A DNA stretch of 64,000 nucleotides from an uncultured Candidatus Saccharibacteria bacterium (GTDB taxonomy: Bacteria; Patescibacteriota; Saccharimonadia; Saccharimonadales; Saccharimonadaceae): the NCBI GenBank assembly GCA_946414345.1, contig CAMKOB010000002.1, positions 6,540 to 70,539 on the forward strand, in the 5' to 3' direction. Below, one piece after another: positions 42,602 to 51,691 of the stretch. The notes under the pieces were generated by a model. The model worked only from the letters and a program-made list of their open reading frames with translations. It was not told where the DNA came from and searched no databases. The position numbers and the translations under genes were made by a program. The first letter of the stretch is position 1; the number at the start of each line of letters is the position of its first letter.

Positions 42602-43552
42602 ATGACAACAAAAAATATTCACGAAGCAAGTTTAGCAGATGTCAAGGAAATTGGCGAAAATAGTGCTGAATTTGTGATCAAGCCACTTTACCCTGGGTAT
42701 GGTAATACGCTTGGTAACTCGCTTCGCCGTGTGCTTCTTTCTAGCGTGAAGGGTGCAGCGATTACAGCGTTTTCGATTGAGGGCACAACTCATGAATTTA
42801 CATCTATTCCTGGTGTACGTGAGGATGTGGTGGATATCATGCTTAACCTCAAAAATATTCGTTTTAAGGTGCATACTGATAACCCAGTAGAGCTTACCCT
42901 TGAAATGAAGGGTGCTAATCAGTCTGAAAAAGATGGTGATAAGCGTGTGATAGCTGGTGACATTAAATTGCCGGCTGAGGTAGAGATTTCTAACCCAAAT
43001 CAAGTAATTTGTCATATTGATGATCCGAAGTATACGCTTAAGATGCATTTTGTAGTTGAAGCTGGACGTGGTTATCTTACGATCGACAAGGCTTCAGAAG
43101 AAAGAATTCACTCTGATATGATTGCGGTGGATGCGGTGTTTACACCTGTTCTTCGTGTTCGCTACAAAGTTGAAAACACGCGTGTTGGTCAGGATACCAA
43201 TTTACAACAATTGACCATTACAGTTGACACTGATGGTACGATTACGCCACGGGAAGCTTTTGAAGAGGCGGCAGCGATTTTGATTAATCAATATACTGCT
43301 TTAGCTGGTTCGACTCGTTTAGAGTCTACTCCAGCTCCAGGTAGTAATAAAGAGGAGGAAGATGCAGGTTTGATGCTTCCAATTGATGAACTCAATCTTT
43401 CTGCTCGTACGGCTAACGCATTGCTTAATAATGATATTAAAACTATTCGTGATCTTGTTACTTTATCTGAAAGTGATTTGAAGGATCTTAAAGGTTTTGG
43501 TAGCAAGGCGTTAGACGAAGTTAAAGAAAAGTTAACGGAGTTAAATATTTAA
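42602..43552 (+). CDS. rpoA: DNA-directed RNA polymerase alpha subunit
   Basis: GYGNTLGNSLRRVLLSS N-terminal domain, and C-terminal domain LNLSARTANALLNNDIKTIRDLV. Confidence 0.97.
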   Translation: MTTKNIHEASLADVKEIGENSAEFVIKPLYPGYGNTLGNSLRRVLLSSVKGAAITAFSIEGTTHEFTSIPGVREDVVDIMLNLKNIRFKVHTDNPVELTLEMKGANQSEKDGDKRVIAGDIKLPAEVEISNPNQVICHIDDPKYTLKMHFVVEAGRGYLTIDKASEERIHSDMIAVDAVFTPVLRVRYKVENTRVGQDTNLQQLTITVDTDGTITPREAFEEAAAILINQYTALAGSTRLESTPAPGSNKEEEDAGLMLPIDELNLSARTANALLNNDIKTIRDLVTLSESDLKDLKGFGSKALDEVKEKLTELNI

Positions 43553-43553
43553 T

Positions 43554-44018
43554 ATGCATCGCCATAGTTATAAAGGCCGAAAATTTGGTCGTGAAACCGA
43601 CCAGAGATTGGCGCTTAGGCGCGCTCTGGTTTGCTCCCTCATTAGAGAGCAAAGTATCACCACGACTCTGGCGCGTGCGAAGGAAATTCGCCGCATAACT
43701 GAGAAGTTGGTGACGATAGCAAAGAAGGGTGGCCTTGCTAATAGACGTTTGATTATTTCACGTCTTAACGACATAGACACTGCAAATCTCTTAGTAGATG
43801 TAGTGGCACCACAGATTACGCGTAATTCTGGCTATCTCAAAATCGAGAAGGCTGGATTCCGTCGTGGTGATAATGCCGAGATGGGCACGATTAGTTTTGT
43901 AGATGAAATCGATTTCGAGAAATTTGCAAAGCCTGAGAAAAAAGAATCTAAAAAAGTAACCACTAAGGCTGAAAAGCCTGCGAAGGTTGCTAAGACTACT
44001 AAGAAGGAGGAGAAGTAA
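43554..44018 (+). CDS. rplQ: 50S ribosomal protein L17 (bL17) with a Lys-rich tail
   Basis: MHRHSYKGRKFGRETDQRLALRRAL...TTLARAKEIRRITEKLVT. C-terminal KKESKKVTTKAEKPAKVAKTTKKEEK. Confidence 0.95.
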   Translation: MHRHSYKGRKFGRETDQRLALRRALVCSLIREQSITTTLARAKEIRRITEKLVTIAKKGGLANRRLIISRLNDIDTANLLVDVVAPQITRNSGYLKIEKAGFRRGDNAEMGTISFVDEIDFEKFAKPEKKESKKVTTKAEKPAKVAKTTKKEEK

Positions 44019-44443
44019 TGAAAACTTATTCACAAAAATCTTCCGATATTAAGCGTGATTGGTGGGTGATTGACGCTTCAAGTATGCCACTCGGTAAGCT
44101 TGCAGTAGTTATTGCTGATAAGTTGATGGGGAAGAGTAAAATCACTTACACTCCACATATCGATAATGGTGATTACGTGGTTGTAGTGAACGCTAAGAAT
44201 CTAAAGGTGACTGGCGAGAAAATGACTCAGAAGAAGTACTATCGCCATAGCCAATTCCCAGGTGGTCTCACTGAATTGAAACTTGAAGAAGTGATCGAAA
44301 AGAATCCTGCAGTGGCAATTCGTGAAGCTGTTAAGGGAATGATCCCAAAGAACAAATTGGCTGCTGATAGAATGGCTCGTCTCCGTGTATTTGATGGAGC
44401 AGAGCATGCTCATGTAGCACAAAACCCAAAGGAGATTAAGTAA
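44018..44443 (+). CDS. rplM: 50S ribosomal protein L13 (uL13)
   Basis: RDWWVIDASSMPLGKLAVVIADKLMGK...GDYVVVVNA...KKYYRHSQFPGG. Confidence 0.97.
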   Translation: MKTYSQKSSDIKRDWWVIDASSMPLGKLAVVIADKLMGKSKITYTPHIDNGDYVVVVNAKNLKVTGEKMTQKKYYRHSQFPGGLTELKLEEVIEKNPAVAIREAVKGMIPKNKLAADRMARLRVFDGAEHAHVAQNPKEIK

Positions 44444-44844
44444 TGGTAGACGCAAAGAAATATATCTATGGACTAGGCCGTCGCAAATCTGCGACTGCTT
44501 CAGCCCGTCTCTACAAGGGTAAGGGTGAAATTACTATCAACGGTAAGCCAGCTTTGGAGTACTTATCTGGTAATAAGACTTATCTAGCTGAGATTACCGA
44601 CCCACTGGCTATCACTGAAAAACAGAAGAACTACGATATTACTATCATGGTAAAAGGTGGTGGTTTGTCTGGTCAGGTAGATGCAATTAAACTTGCAATT
44701 TCGAAGGCTCTTGTGCTTGAAGCGCCAGATCTTCGTCCTGTACTTAAAAAGGCTGGATTCACCTCGCGTGATCCACGCGAGAAAGAGCGTAAGAAATACG
44801 GTCTCCGCTCTGCTCGTAAGAAAGAACAGTTTAGCAAGCGTTAA
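44443..44844 (+). CDS. rpsI: 30S ribosomal protein S9 (uS9)
   Basis: GLGRRKSATASARL...GGGLSGQVDAIKLAISKAL...TSRDPREKERKKYGLRSARKKEQFSKR. Confidence 0.97.
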   Translation: MVDAKKYIYGLGRRKSATASARLYKGKGEITINGKPALEYLSGNKTYLAEITDPLAITEKQKNYDITIMVKGGGLSGQVDAIKLAISKALVLEAPDLRPVLKKAGFTSRDPREKERKKYGLRSARKKEQFSKR

Positions 44845-44855
44845 ATTTTGCAGAG

Positions 44856-44890
44856 AAAACGAACCGGATGTCATGTCTGGTTCGTTTTTT
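44856..44890 (+). terminator. Rho-independent terminator after rpsI
   Basis: AAAACGAACC(G)GA...TC(T)GGTTCGTTTTTT imperfect hairpin with a T-run. Confidence 0.7.
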
Positions 44891-44906
44891 GTTGACTATT
44901 TTACTG

Positions 44907-44935
44907 TTGACTTTTGAAATTAATCACCCTATAAT
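44907..44935 (+). promoter_or_regulatory. Near-consensus promoter of FISUMP paralogue B
   Basis: TTGACT, a 17-nt spacer, then TATAAT. Confidence 0.65.
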
Positions 44936-44984
44936 TGTAAGTATAAAGTTTATAAACATAAAAATATAAAAAGGCCAAATTTAT

Positions 44985-46814
44985 ATGTCATCTAAATTAT
45001 TAGTTAATGTAAATGATGCCACTCCTAGTGTAGTGCCAGATACTGACGTGCCGGGCGCTACAACGCCAGATACTGGTATGTTTAGTGTCTCTCATGTAGA
45101 TGGAGTGAGCTTTAATACTAGTATGATTTTACCAATTATTGGTATCGCTGTTTTAATAATTGCTATTATTGCAGGAACGGTTGTAGTAATATCTCGTCGC
45201 AGAAAAGTAAATCGTTTTACTACACATACTAATAAGCATTTAGTGGCTAAACTTACTACATTATCCGTAGTAGTACTACTAGGTGCACTTGGAGTAATGA
45301 ATGCAGATAAACTAACTAGCATGGTTAACGCAACAGCTGATGATTCGGAAGACAGCCTTACTATTACGGCTAGTGACATTAAGATTGATGTAGATTTAAA
45401 TGATACCGCAGTATTTGCCACTGGAGAGAGTGTTGTTGCAGTTAATTCTGCTACTCCTTATGGCTATACACTAATGGCTTATGTAGATAGCGCAACTACG
45501 GATCTTATTAATGAAACAAACACATCATCTACTAGCACTATTGATATGCTAGATTCGCTAGAGCCTACAGTACTTGCCGATAATACTTGGGGCTTTGCTA
45601 CTACTAGGCCAACAGACCAAACCTCAGCGGTATTTACTGGTATTCCCAACACATTAAAGGAAGCTACCACTCTAAAATATACAGAAGAGCCTACAACTGC
45701 CAATGATGAGTCTACTTTCTATTATGGTACTTACGTCACGCCAGACTTAGACTACGGTACTTATTCTGGTGTTACGATTACTTATGTTGCAATAGCCAAT
45801 ATTTGTAATCCGCTAGCTACTAATATAGGTGAAGCTGTTTGTTTGCAAGACTTTGCTGGACCGAATCGTGACCGAATAGTTGATTCTATGACACCAGAAC
45901 GACAATATACGCTCATAGACAAACGAGATAAGAAGCCTTATACGCTTGCAAAGTATCCTGCTCTTGGTCACGCACGGAGCCAGACGCCTGTTTTTCAAGT
46001 ATGGATGACTCAGAACCTAGATTTAGACCTAGATTCTAATATTACATATACCAACAAGGATACGGATCTTGGTTACAATGCACAAACCAAACAATATGAA
46101 ACTGCATCTTGGATCCCAAGTACTTCTACTTATATTACAAATGATAAAACTTGGAGAGGTTCTTATACTACACCAGAGTCATATGATATAGGAAACAAAT
46201 ACTGGAATGGTAGAATTGATGAGGGTAATGGTGGATATGGTGCGATTTGGGGTGATTACTTTCAGACCTGTAGTTGGGAATCTGAATACAGACCATTTAA
46301 TTGCGATGAATCTCTTAACCCAACTTCATACTTTGTTTCGTCTAATGGTATTCCGCAATATCATCTAGGTAATTACTACAACTGGACTGCGGCTGTGGCT
46401 ATGAATGATAGCTCTAGCTATAATGACGGCCAGTTGATAGAACAGTCTATTTGTCCAACTGGTTGGACTTTGCCGCGGGTGGGATCTGGCGAAGATACAT
46501 TTAATACGCTATGGATGTATTATGGACTTGTGGGTGGATGGAATTCTTATAATGAGGATTATAGTTTATGGATGGAACCGCTTTACTTTGTTGCTAGTGG
46601 CGGATGGTATGGTTATTTGGGTTATGTTGGGACTGGTGGAGATTATTGGTCGTCAGCAACAGATGATAATCAATATGCCGGCGTTGGGATTTTTAATACG
46701 CGTGTTTATACTCCATCGTTTAGCGGAGGTGGTAATCGTGATACTGGCATTTCGATTCGTTGTATGGCTCGTCCGGTTTCCTCTTCTTTGTCGAGTATCG
46801 ACGCTAACGCTTAA
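44985..46814 (+). CDS. Surface protein, paralogue B: N-terminal sorting-signal-like module, shared beta-rich module, FISUMP C-terminal domain
   Basis: The N-terminal ~310 aa are close to paralogue A. C-terminal VWMTQNLDLDL...HLGNYYNWTAAVAMN...SICPTGWTLPR...GISIRCMAR. Confidence 0.8.
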   Translation: MSSKLLVNVNDATPSVVPDTDVPGATTPDTGMFSVSHVDGVSFNTSMILPIIGIAVLIIAIIAGTVVVISRRRKVNRFTTHTNKHLVAKLTTLSVVVLLGALGVMNADKLTSMVNATADDSEDSLTITASDIKIDVDLNDTAVFATGESVVAVNSATPYGYTLMAYVDSATTDLINETNTSSTSTIDMLDSLEPTVLADNTWGFATTRPTDQTSAVFTGIPNTLKEATTLKYTEEPTTANDESTFYYGTYVTPDLDYGTYSGVTITYVAIANICNPLATNIGEAVCLQDFAGPNRDRIVDSMTPERQYTLIDKRDKKPYTLAKYPALGHARSQTPVFQVWMTQNLDLDLDSNITYTNKDTDLGYNAQTKQYETASWIPSTSTYITNDKTWRGSYTTPESYDIGNKYWNGRIDEGNGGYGAIWGDYFQTCSWESEYRPFNCDESLNPTSYFVSSNGIPQYHLGNYYNWTAAVAMNDSSSYNDGQLIEQSICPTGWTLPRVGSGEDTFNTLWMYYGLVGGWNSYNEDYSLWMEPLYFVASGGWYGYLGYVGTGGDYWSSATDDNQYAGVGIFNTRVYTPSFSGGGNRDTGISIRCMARPVSSSLSSIDANA

Positions 46815-46932
46815 GTCTAGTTCTATTTTACTTGCCACTTTTTTCTATAGGTACTGTTGAAAGATGGGGTTGTTGGTCTATTCCGGAGTTTTATGGTATA
46901 ATATATCTAAGGTGGGAGTACTTTGAGAAGGA

Positions 46933-47727
46933 GTGATTTTTTTGAATAGTTTTTCCAATTCGGCTGGAATTTGGAAGGCTTACCAACTTTTTGCAACGAC
47001 TAGTGCGGTGCGACGCAAAGGAGTTGAGCTAGTGGGTATGACGGCGCCGACGCCGGATGGCGTGCCTGAGCCTCAAGATGCTCTTTATTTCCGTGGCGAG
47101 TCTGATCTTGAGCATCAAGCCAAAGTTGCTTGGTTGGTGGCTGCGTTTGTCGGTTGTTATGGCAATAATTTTTTCCAGTTGTATGAGCCGAATTCTTCGA
47201 TTGAACTGTGGTCAGTGATGATGACTGCGCTTTGTCACGATGTTGGCGAGGTTGCGATGGGCGATGTGCCGGATGATGGTAGCGAGGAACATAGTGCTAA
47301 GCTCGAGAAAGAGCGCGCCGTCTTTGGTGACATGCTGCGTTTCTTGCCGGCGGATTATTCCATTCCTCTGCAACTCGACTATTGGTTTTTCCAGGATTTG
47401 GATGGCCATAATGGGCGAGCAATCTATGCTTTGGATAAGTTGGAAGCAATCCTGACGCTGCTTTATTATGAGAAGCATGGCTGCACTGGTAGGATTTCGT
47501 CCAAGCTTGAGCCGACCGAGGCAGACAAGTACTACATGCGTGTAACTCGTTCTGATACAGCGGCGGACTGCTGGGCGGCCCACATGTGTGCGCACATTCG
47601 GAAGTTTCCGGAATCGATCAAATGTCCGGTGCTCGGATTGCTTGATGCAGCTGTGTTGGATGTACGCGGTGTGCCTTTCTCTTGGCGTAAGCGGGACATC
47701 TTGCCGTTTGAAAGAATGAGAAGATAA
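46933..47727 (+). CDS. HD-superfamily metal-dependent phosphohydrolase (YfbR-like pattern), G+C-rich
   Basis: LCHDVGEVAMGDVPDDG (HD...D), with an upstream His region EHQAKVAWLVAAF. The AAGGAG Shine-Dalgarno ends at 46932, so the real start may be the TTG at 46942 rather than the GTG at 46933. Confidence 0.7.
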   Translation: MIFLNSFSNSAGIWKAYQLFATTSAVRRKGVELVGMTAPTPDGVPEPQDALYFRGESDLEHQAKVAWLVAAFVGCYGNNFFQLYEPNSSIELWSVMMTALCHDVGEVAMGDVPDDGSEEHSAKLEKERAVFGDMLRFLPADYSIPLQLDYWFFQDLDGHNGRAIYALDKLEAILTLLYYEKHGCTGRISSKLEPTEADKYYMRVTRSDTAADCWAAHMCAHIRKFPESIKCPVLGLLDAAVLDVRGVPFSWRKRDILPFERMRR

Positions 47728-47740
47728 TCACTCTCACCCC

Positions 47741-47773
47741 AAACCTCCCGAATGAAGAATTTGGGAGGTTTTT
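47741..47773 (+). terminator. Terminator after the HD gene
   Basis: AAACCTCCC, a 13-nt loop, GGGAGGTTT, followed by TT. Confidence 0.6.
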
Positions 47774-47812
47774 CCTGGAAATGTGATATAATATTAGTAG
47801 TACTTTGTAGTT

Positions 47813-47888
47813 GGGGTGTTAGCTCATCTGGTAGAGCGCAGCTATGGCATAGCTGAGGTGGCGAGTTCGAGCCTCGCACACTCCACCA
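47813..47888 (+). tRNA. tRNA-Ala (anticodon GGC)
   Basis: Hand-folded cloverleaf. Acceptor GGGGTGT/ACACTCC with G3:U70, anticodon stem CAGCT/AGCTG, loop ATGGCAT, T-arm GCGAG-TTCGAGC-CTCGC, encoded CCA. Confidence 0.9.
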
Positions 47889-47919
47889 TATTTAATATAG
47901 CTGTTTGGCTATTTTTTTG

Positions 47920-49293
47920 TTATTTTATTCCAGGGACCGGGAAACGGGTTGCAAGAGATTTGACATCATCGTGAATCTTAGTGAATTCTGTAGAGTAGTC
48001 TGCTAGGTGGTCTTCGGTTTTCGCTTTGACGCAGAGGTCGGCGACTTGTTTCATGTAGCCTGCGATTTCTTTCATTTCTTTTTCGCCGAGGCCGCGGGTA
48101 GTGATGGCGGGAGTGCCGAGGCGCACGCCGGATGGGCGGAAGGCCCCTCCTTTATCGGTGGGGAGTGCGTTGGCGTTCAGTGTGAGGCCGACTTCATCAA
48201 GGGCTTTTTCGTAGATTTTGCCATCAATGCCGAAGGATTTTTGCATATCTACTAAAATTAAATGATTTTCGGTGCCACCGCCTTGCAACGTAAAGCCGAG
48301 ATTGATTAGCTCATCGGCTAAAACTCTGGCATTTTTGACGATATTTTTGGCGTAAGTTTTAAAACTTGGTTTCAAGGCTTCACCGAATGCAACGGCTTTA
48401 GCGGCAATAATGTGCTCTAATGGGCCGCCCTGGGTACCAGGGAAGACGGCACGGTCGATTAGGATTGGGATATTCTTTAATAATTTCTCTGGTTTCTTTA
48501 GTGGAGAAGCGACGTTGCCTTTGCTTAATATTAAACCACCACGTGGTCCGCGAAGGGTTTTGTGAGTAGTGGTAGTCATTACGTCGAAGCCGAAGTCCAA
48601 CGGATTATCGTGAACGCCACCGGCGATGAGGCCAGCAACATGCGCCATATCGGCCATTAATAGTATCTCGTGACCGTGTTTTTTGGCGGCTTTTTCGCGG
48701 ATGCCTGCTACGCGCTTGAAATCTGGTACTTTCATAAAGGCTGAGTAGCCAACTAAGATGATTTTTACATCGTTCTCGAGAGCTTTTTTCTCCATGTCGT
48801 CGTAGTCGATGTCACCACTTTTGTCGACACCGTAGCCGATAAAGTTGTAAACATGGGCCGATAGTGTAACTGGGGCACCGTGTGTCAAATGGCCGCCGGC
48901 TGGTAGAGACATGCCTAGCACAGTATCGCCCGGTTCGAGCCAAGCGTAGTATACTGCTGTGTTTGCCTGAGCGCCGGAGTGTGGCTGAACATTGGCGTGG
49001 TCGGCATGAAATAGTTTACAGGCACGATTAATGGCGAGGCGTTCTATACGATCTATGTTAACTTGACCTCCGTAATAACGGTAATTCGGCAGTACTTCTT
49101 GTGCTATTTTGTCCTCTGACCACTCGTTTATCCCTTTAAAACTAGGATAACCTTCGGAATATTTATTTGTTAAAATGCTGCCCATGGCCTTTAGGACGGC
49201 TGCAGAGACGTAATTTTCGCTAGGGATGAGTTCTAAACCTTCGCTTTGGCGGGTTTTTTCTTCGTTTATTAAATTAAATACTAAATCTTTCAT
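47920..49293 (-). CDS. glyA: Serine hydroxymethyltransferase
   Basis: LELIPSENYVS, GYPSFK...YYGG, and the PLP site VMTTTTHKTLRGPRGG. Confidence 0.95.
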   Translation of the reverse strand: MKDLVFNLINEEKTRQSEGLELIPSENYVSAAVLKAMGSILTNKYSEGYPSFKGINEWSEDKIAQEVLPNYRYYGGQVNIDRIERLAINRACKLFHADHANVQPHSGAQANTAVYYAWLEPGDTVLGMSLPAGGHLTHGAPVTLSAHVYNFIGYGVDKSGDIDYDDMEKKALENDVKIILVGYSAFMKVPDFKRVAGIREKAAKKHGHEILLMADMAHVAGLIAGGVHDNPLDFGFDVMTTTTHKTLRGPRGGLILSKGNVASPLKKPEKLLKNIPILIDRAVFPGTQGGPLEHIIAAKAVAFGEALKPSFKTYAKNIVKNARVLADELINLGFTLQGGGTENHLILVDMQKSFGIDGKIYEKALDEVGLTLNANALPTDKGGAFRPSGVRLGTPAITTRGLGEKEMKEIAGYMKQVADLCVKAKTEDHLADYSTEFTKIHDDVKSLATRFPVPGIK

Positions 49294-49294
49294 T

Positions 49295-49771
49295 TTAATC
49301 CTTTCTTGTATATTTATTGATAGTGTATTTTAATTCATTTTCGGTGCCCGCCTTGATTGTTTCGCAAGTGTAGTCGTCGTGGTGGAATTCGGGGAAGAAG
49401 GTGTCGGCGGCGGGGTTGGAGGCGTCCACTTCGGTGAGATAGAGGGTTTTTGCATAGGGTAGGAATTGATGGTAAACGGTGCCACCGCCGATGACGAAGA
49501 TTTCCTCGTCGGTATCTTTATTTTTATTGACATAGGATTGTAAATCGGTGATGGTTTGGTCGGCCTCTGGGATTTCGTGCCTCGAGACTACAATATTAGT
49601 ACGGTTTTTGAGCTTGCCGGGGAGCGAGTCCCAGGTTTTGTGGCCCATAACTACTTTATGACCATTGGTAGTTTCGCGAAAAAATTTCATGTCGTCTTTG
49701 AGACGGAAAATTAGTTGATTTTTGTGCCCCAATTCGTGATTTTTACCGATTGCTGCAATAATACTAAACAT
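49295..49771 (-). CDS. folA: Dihydrofolate reductase
   Basis: IIAAIGKNHELG...LIFRLKDDMKFFRETT...VVMGHKTWDSLPGKLKNRTNIVVSR...IFVIGGGTVY. Confidence 0.9.
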   Translation of the reverse strand: MFSIIAAIGKNHELGHKNQLIFRLKDDMKFFRETTNGHKVVMGHKTWDSLPGKLKNRTNIVVSRHEIPEADQTITDLQSYVNKNKDTDEEIFVIGGGTVYHQFLPYAKTLYLTEVDASNPAADTFFPEFHHDDYTCETIKAGTENELKYTINKYTRKD

Positions 49772-49772
49772 T

Positions 49773-50738
49773 TTACTCCGTAACTGGCATCTTGATGGTG
49801 CCGAGATTCTTATAATTTTCGAGGCGGATGTCTTTTAAGGCGCGGGAATTGTCAAAAGCATGGAAATCTTTGATATCTGGATTAAGCCAGAGGGTAGGTG
49901 CCGGGGGAAGCGTGCCGTTTTTAATTGCTTCGTCGTAGCGGGCGATTTGCTCCTTGATGCCATCGATTTGGTTTTCGTAAATGTGGGCATCATTGGTGAT
50001 AAAGGTGAATTGACCGGGGCGGACACCGACACATTGGGCGATTAGATAACAGAGAACGGCGTATTGGGACACGTTAAATGGCAGCCCTAGAGGTACATCA
50101 GAAGAGCGAGAAGTGACTAACAGATTGAGGCGGCCGTCGGTGAGATTCCACTGAGAATTCCAGACGCAGGAAGGCAAAGCAGCCGTCTCTAGCCATTCGT
50201 TTTGCCAGAGCGACAGAACCATTCGGCGATTACCTGGGTTTTGCTTTAATGTTTCTATCAGATTATCGATCAGATGATATCTGTTAACAATCCAGCCATA
50301 GGCGGTGCCGATAGTGTGAGCAAAGTCCGACTTCGGTTCATTAGGATGGTTTTTTGCGAAGATTTTGTTGATGTTTCGTCCCTGATATGTTCCGTCTTCG
50401 GCAATCTCCCATTCATTCCATATTTTGATATTTCGATCGTGCAACCAGCGTACATCGTTGCTGGCGACTTGGTAAATCCAGAGTATTTCTAGCGTAGCGG
50501 TTTTGAAAGCTACTTGTTTGGATGTAAGTATTGGAAACTCTTCTTCGAGGTCGAATTGTAATATTTGATGAGGTAAGCGGACGGTTTTGGCTTCTGATGA
50601 CCCTTGTGCGGTGTGGTCTGGGATAGCAGAGGCGGCGGTTTTACCACGATGATCGGACTTTTTGTAATTGGTGATTTTCTCCCCCTGTTTCAGGATGCGT
50701 CTACATAAATCTATGTATTGGTCATCAAATTTGCTCAT
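49773..50738 (-). CDS. thyA: Thymidylate synthase (ThyA, long form)
   Basis: RRMVLSLWQNEWLETAALPSCVWNSQWNL and FITNDAHIYENQ. ATG 50738 follows a GGAGG Shine-Dalgarno. Confidence 0.9.
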   Translation of the reverse strand: MSKFDDQYIDLCRRILKQGEKITNYKKSDHRGKTAASAIPDHTAQGSSEAKTVRLPHQILQFDLEEEFPILTSKQVAFKTATLEILWIYQVASNDVRWLHDRNIKIWNEWEIAEDGTYQGRNINKIFAKNHPNEPKSDFAHTIGTAYGWIVNRYHLIDNLIETLKQNPGNRRMVLSLWQNEWLETAALPSCVWNSQWNLTDGRLNLLVTSRSSDVPLGLPFNVSQYAVLCYLIAQCVGVRPGQFTFITNDAHIYENQIDGIKEQIARYDEAIKNGTLPPAPTLWLNPDIKDFHAFDNSRALKDIRLENYKNLGTIKMPVTE

Positions 50739-50818
50739 TTTACCTCCGTTTTTTACAGTATAACAAAAATACAGGGAGTTTGCAAGCACCTCTATCTCTT
50801 AGAATTATGATATAAGCA

Positions 50819-50847
50819 TTGACTTTTTGAGGTATGTATGATATAAT
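50819..50847 (+). promoter_or_regulatory. Near-consensus promoter upstream of the sortase-like gene
   Basis: TTGACT, a 17-nt spacer, then TATAAT, with TG at the extended -10 position. Confidence 0.6.
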
Positions 50848-50907
50848 AAAAGTATTGCAAACGTGAAAATGTTTGTGTTATAATTGAAATAAGCATTGGG
50901 AGTTATT

Positions 50908-51603
50908 ATGCGAAAAAGTAGAGTTTTATTGGCGATATTTGCCGCTAGTTTTATCGGCATAATGTCGAATCCAGAGATGTTGACAGCATCTGATTCTGTT
51001 GCTGTGCTTGGTTTAAGCAATGATAACATCGTTGAAACTGTCGTAAAGGCTGAGCCTGTGGTGGCTGATGTTGGTGAAGAAATTGATGAGCCGACTGAGC
51101 CTGTTGAAGCGATTGTTCAAGAGGTAGTCTACTCTGAACCAGTTTATGAGGAACCTGTTTATGTTGAGCCGGCCCACGAAGAGCCAGTCTATCAACTTCC
51201 ATCTAGCTATATTCAAATTAATGGTCTCACTATCCCTCTTGAATATACTGACACAACAGCGGAAAATGCTGGAAATGCGCAATTAGCATGGTATTATAAA
51301 ACCGGTAAGCATATTTATGGTCACAATCTTGATTATGTGTTTGGTTCTTTGGACTGGGCGCACGATGGTGGCTATTTGGATGGTATGCCTTTTACGGTAG
51401 TGATGGACGGTGTAGCAAGTTATTATACTGTTGCTACGCATCGTGTGTATGATCGTTTAGATGCATATACACTAGGTTATAATGGTGATACGCTCAGTAT
51501 GTATCCGATTGTGAATGCTAAACTTGATGGCACTTATTATCGTATGACAATTATGACCTGTTATAATGGTAGTTCGCAACGTCTGGTGCTTTATGCTAAC
51601 TAA
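50908..51603 (+). CDS. Second sortase-like protein: signal peptide or anchor, acidic EPVY-repeat linker, sortase-type core
   Basis: GGGAG Shine-Dalgarno before ATG 50908. His in KHIYGHNLDYVFGSL, Cys in YRMTIMTCYNG, and Arg 7 residues later (SSQRLVLYAN), which is the H...TLxTC...R order of sortases. Confidence 0.6.
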   Translation: MRKSRVLLAIFAASFIGIMSNPEMLTASDSVAVLGLSNDNIVETVVKAEPVVADVGEEIDEPTEPVEAIVQEVVYSEPVYEEPVYVEPAHEEPVYQLPSSYIQINGLTIPLEYTDTTAENAGNAQLAWYYKTGKHIYGHNLDYVFGSLDWAHDGGYLDGMPFTVVMDGVASYYTVATHRVYDRLDAYTLGYNGDTLSMYPIVNAKLDGTYYRMTIMTCYNGSSQRLVLYAN

Positions 51604-51617
51604 TATATGTTTGTGAC

Positions 51618-51650
51618 GAAAATAGCCCTTTTATGGGGCTATTTTTGTTT
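51618..51650 (+). terminator. Rho-independent terminator
   Basis: AAAATAGCCC-TTTTATG-GGGCTAT followed by TTTTGTTTGTTTTT. Confidence 0.7.
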
Positions 51651-51691
51651 GTTTTTATGATATAATGGTTATAGTAAAATAAGGAGAAGCT

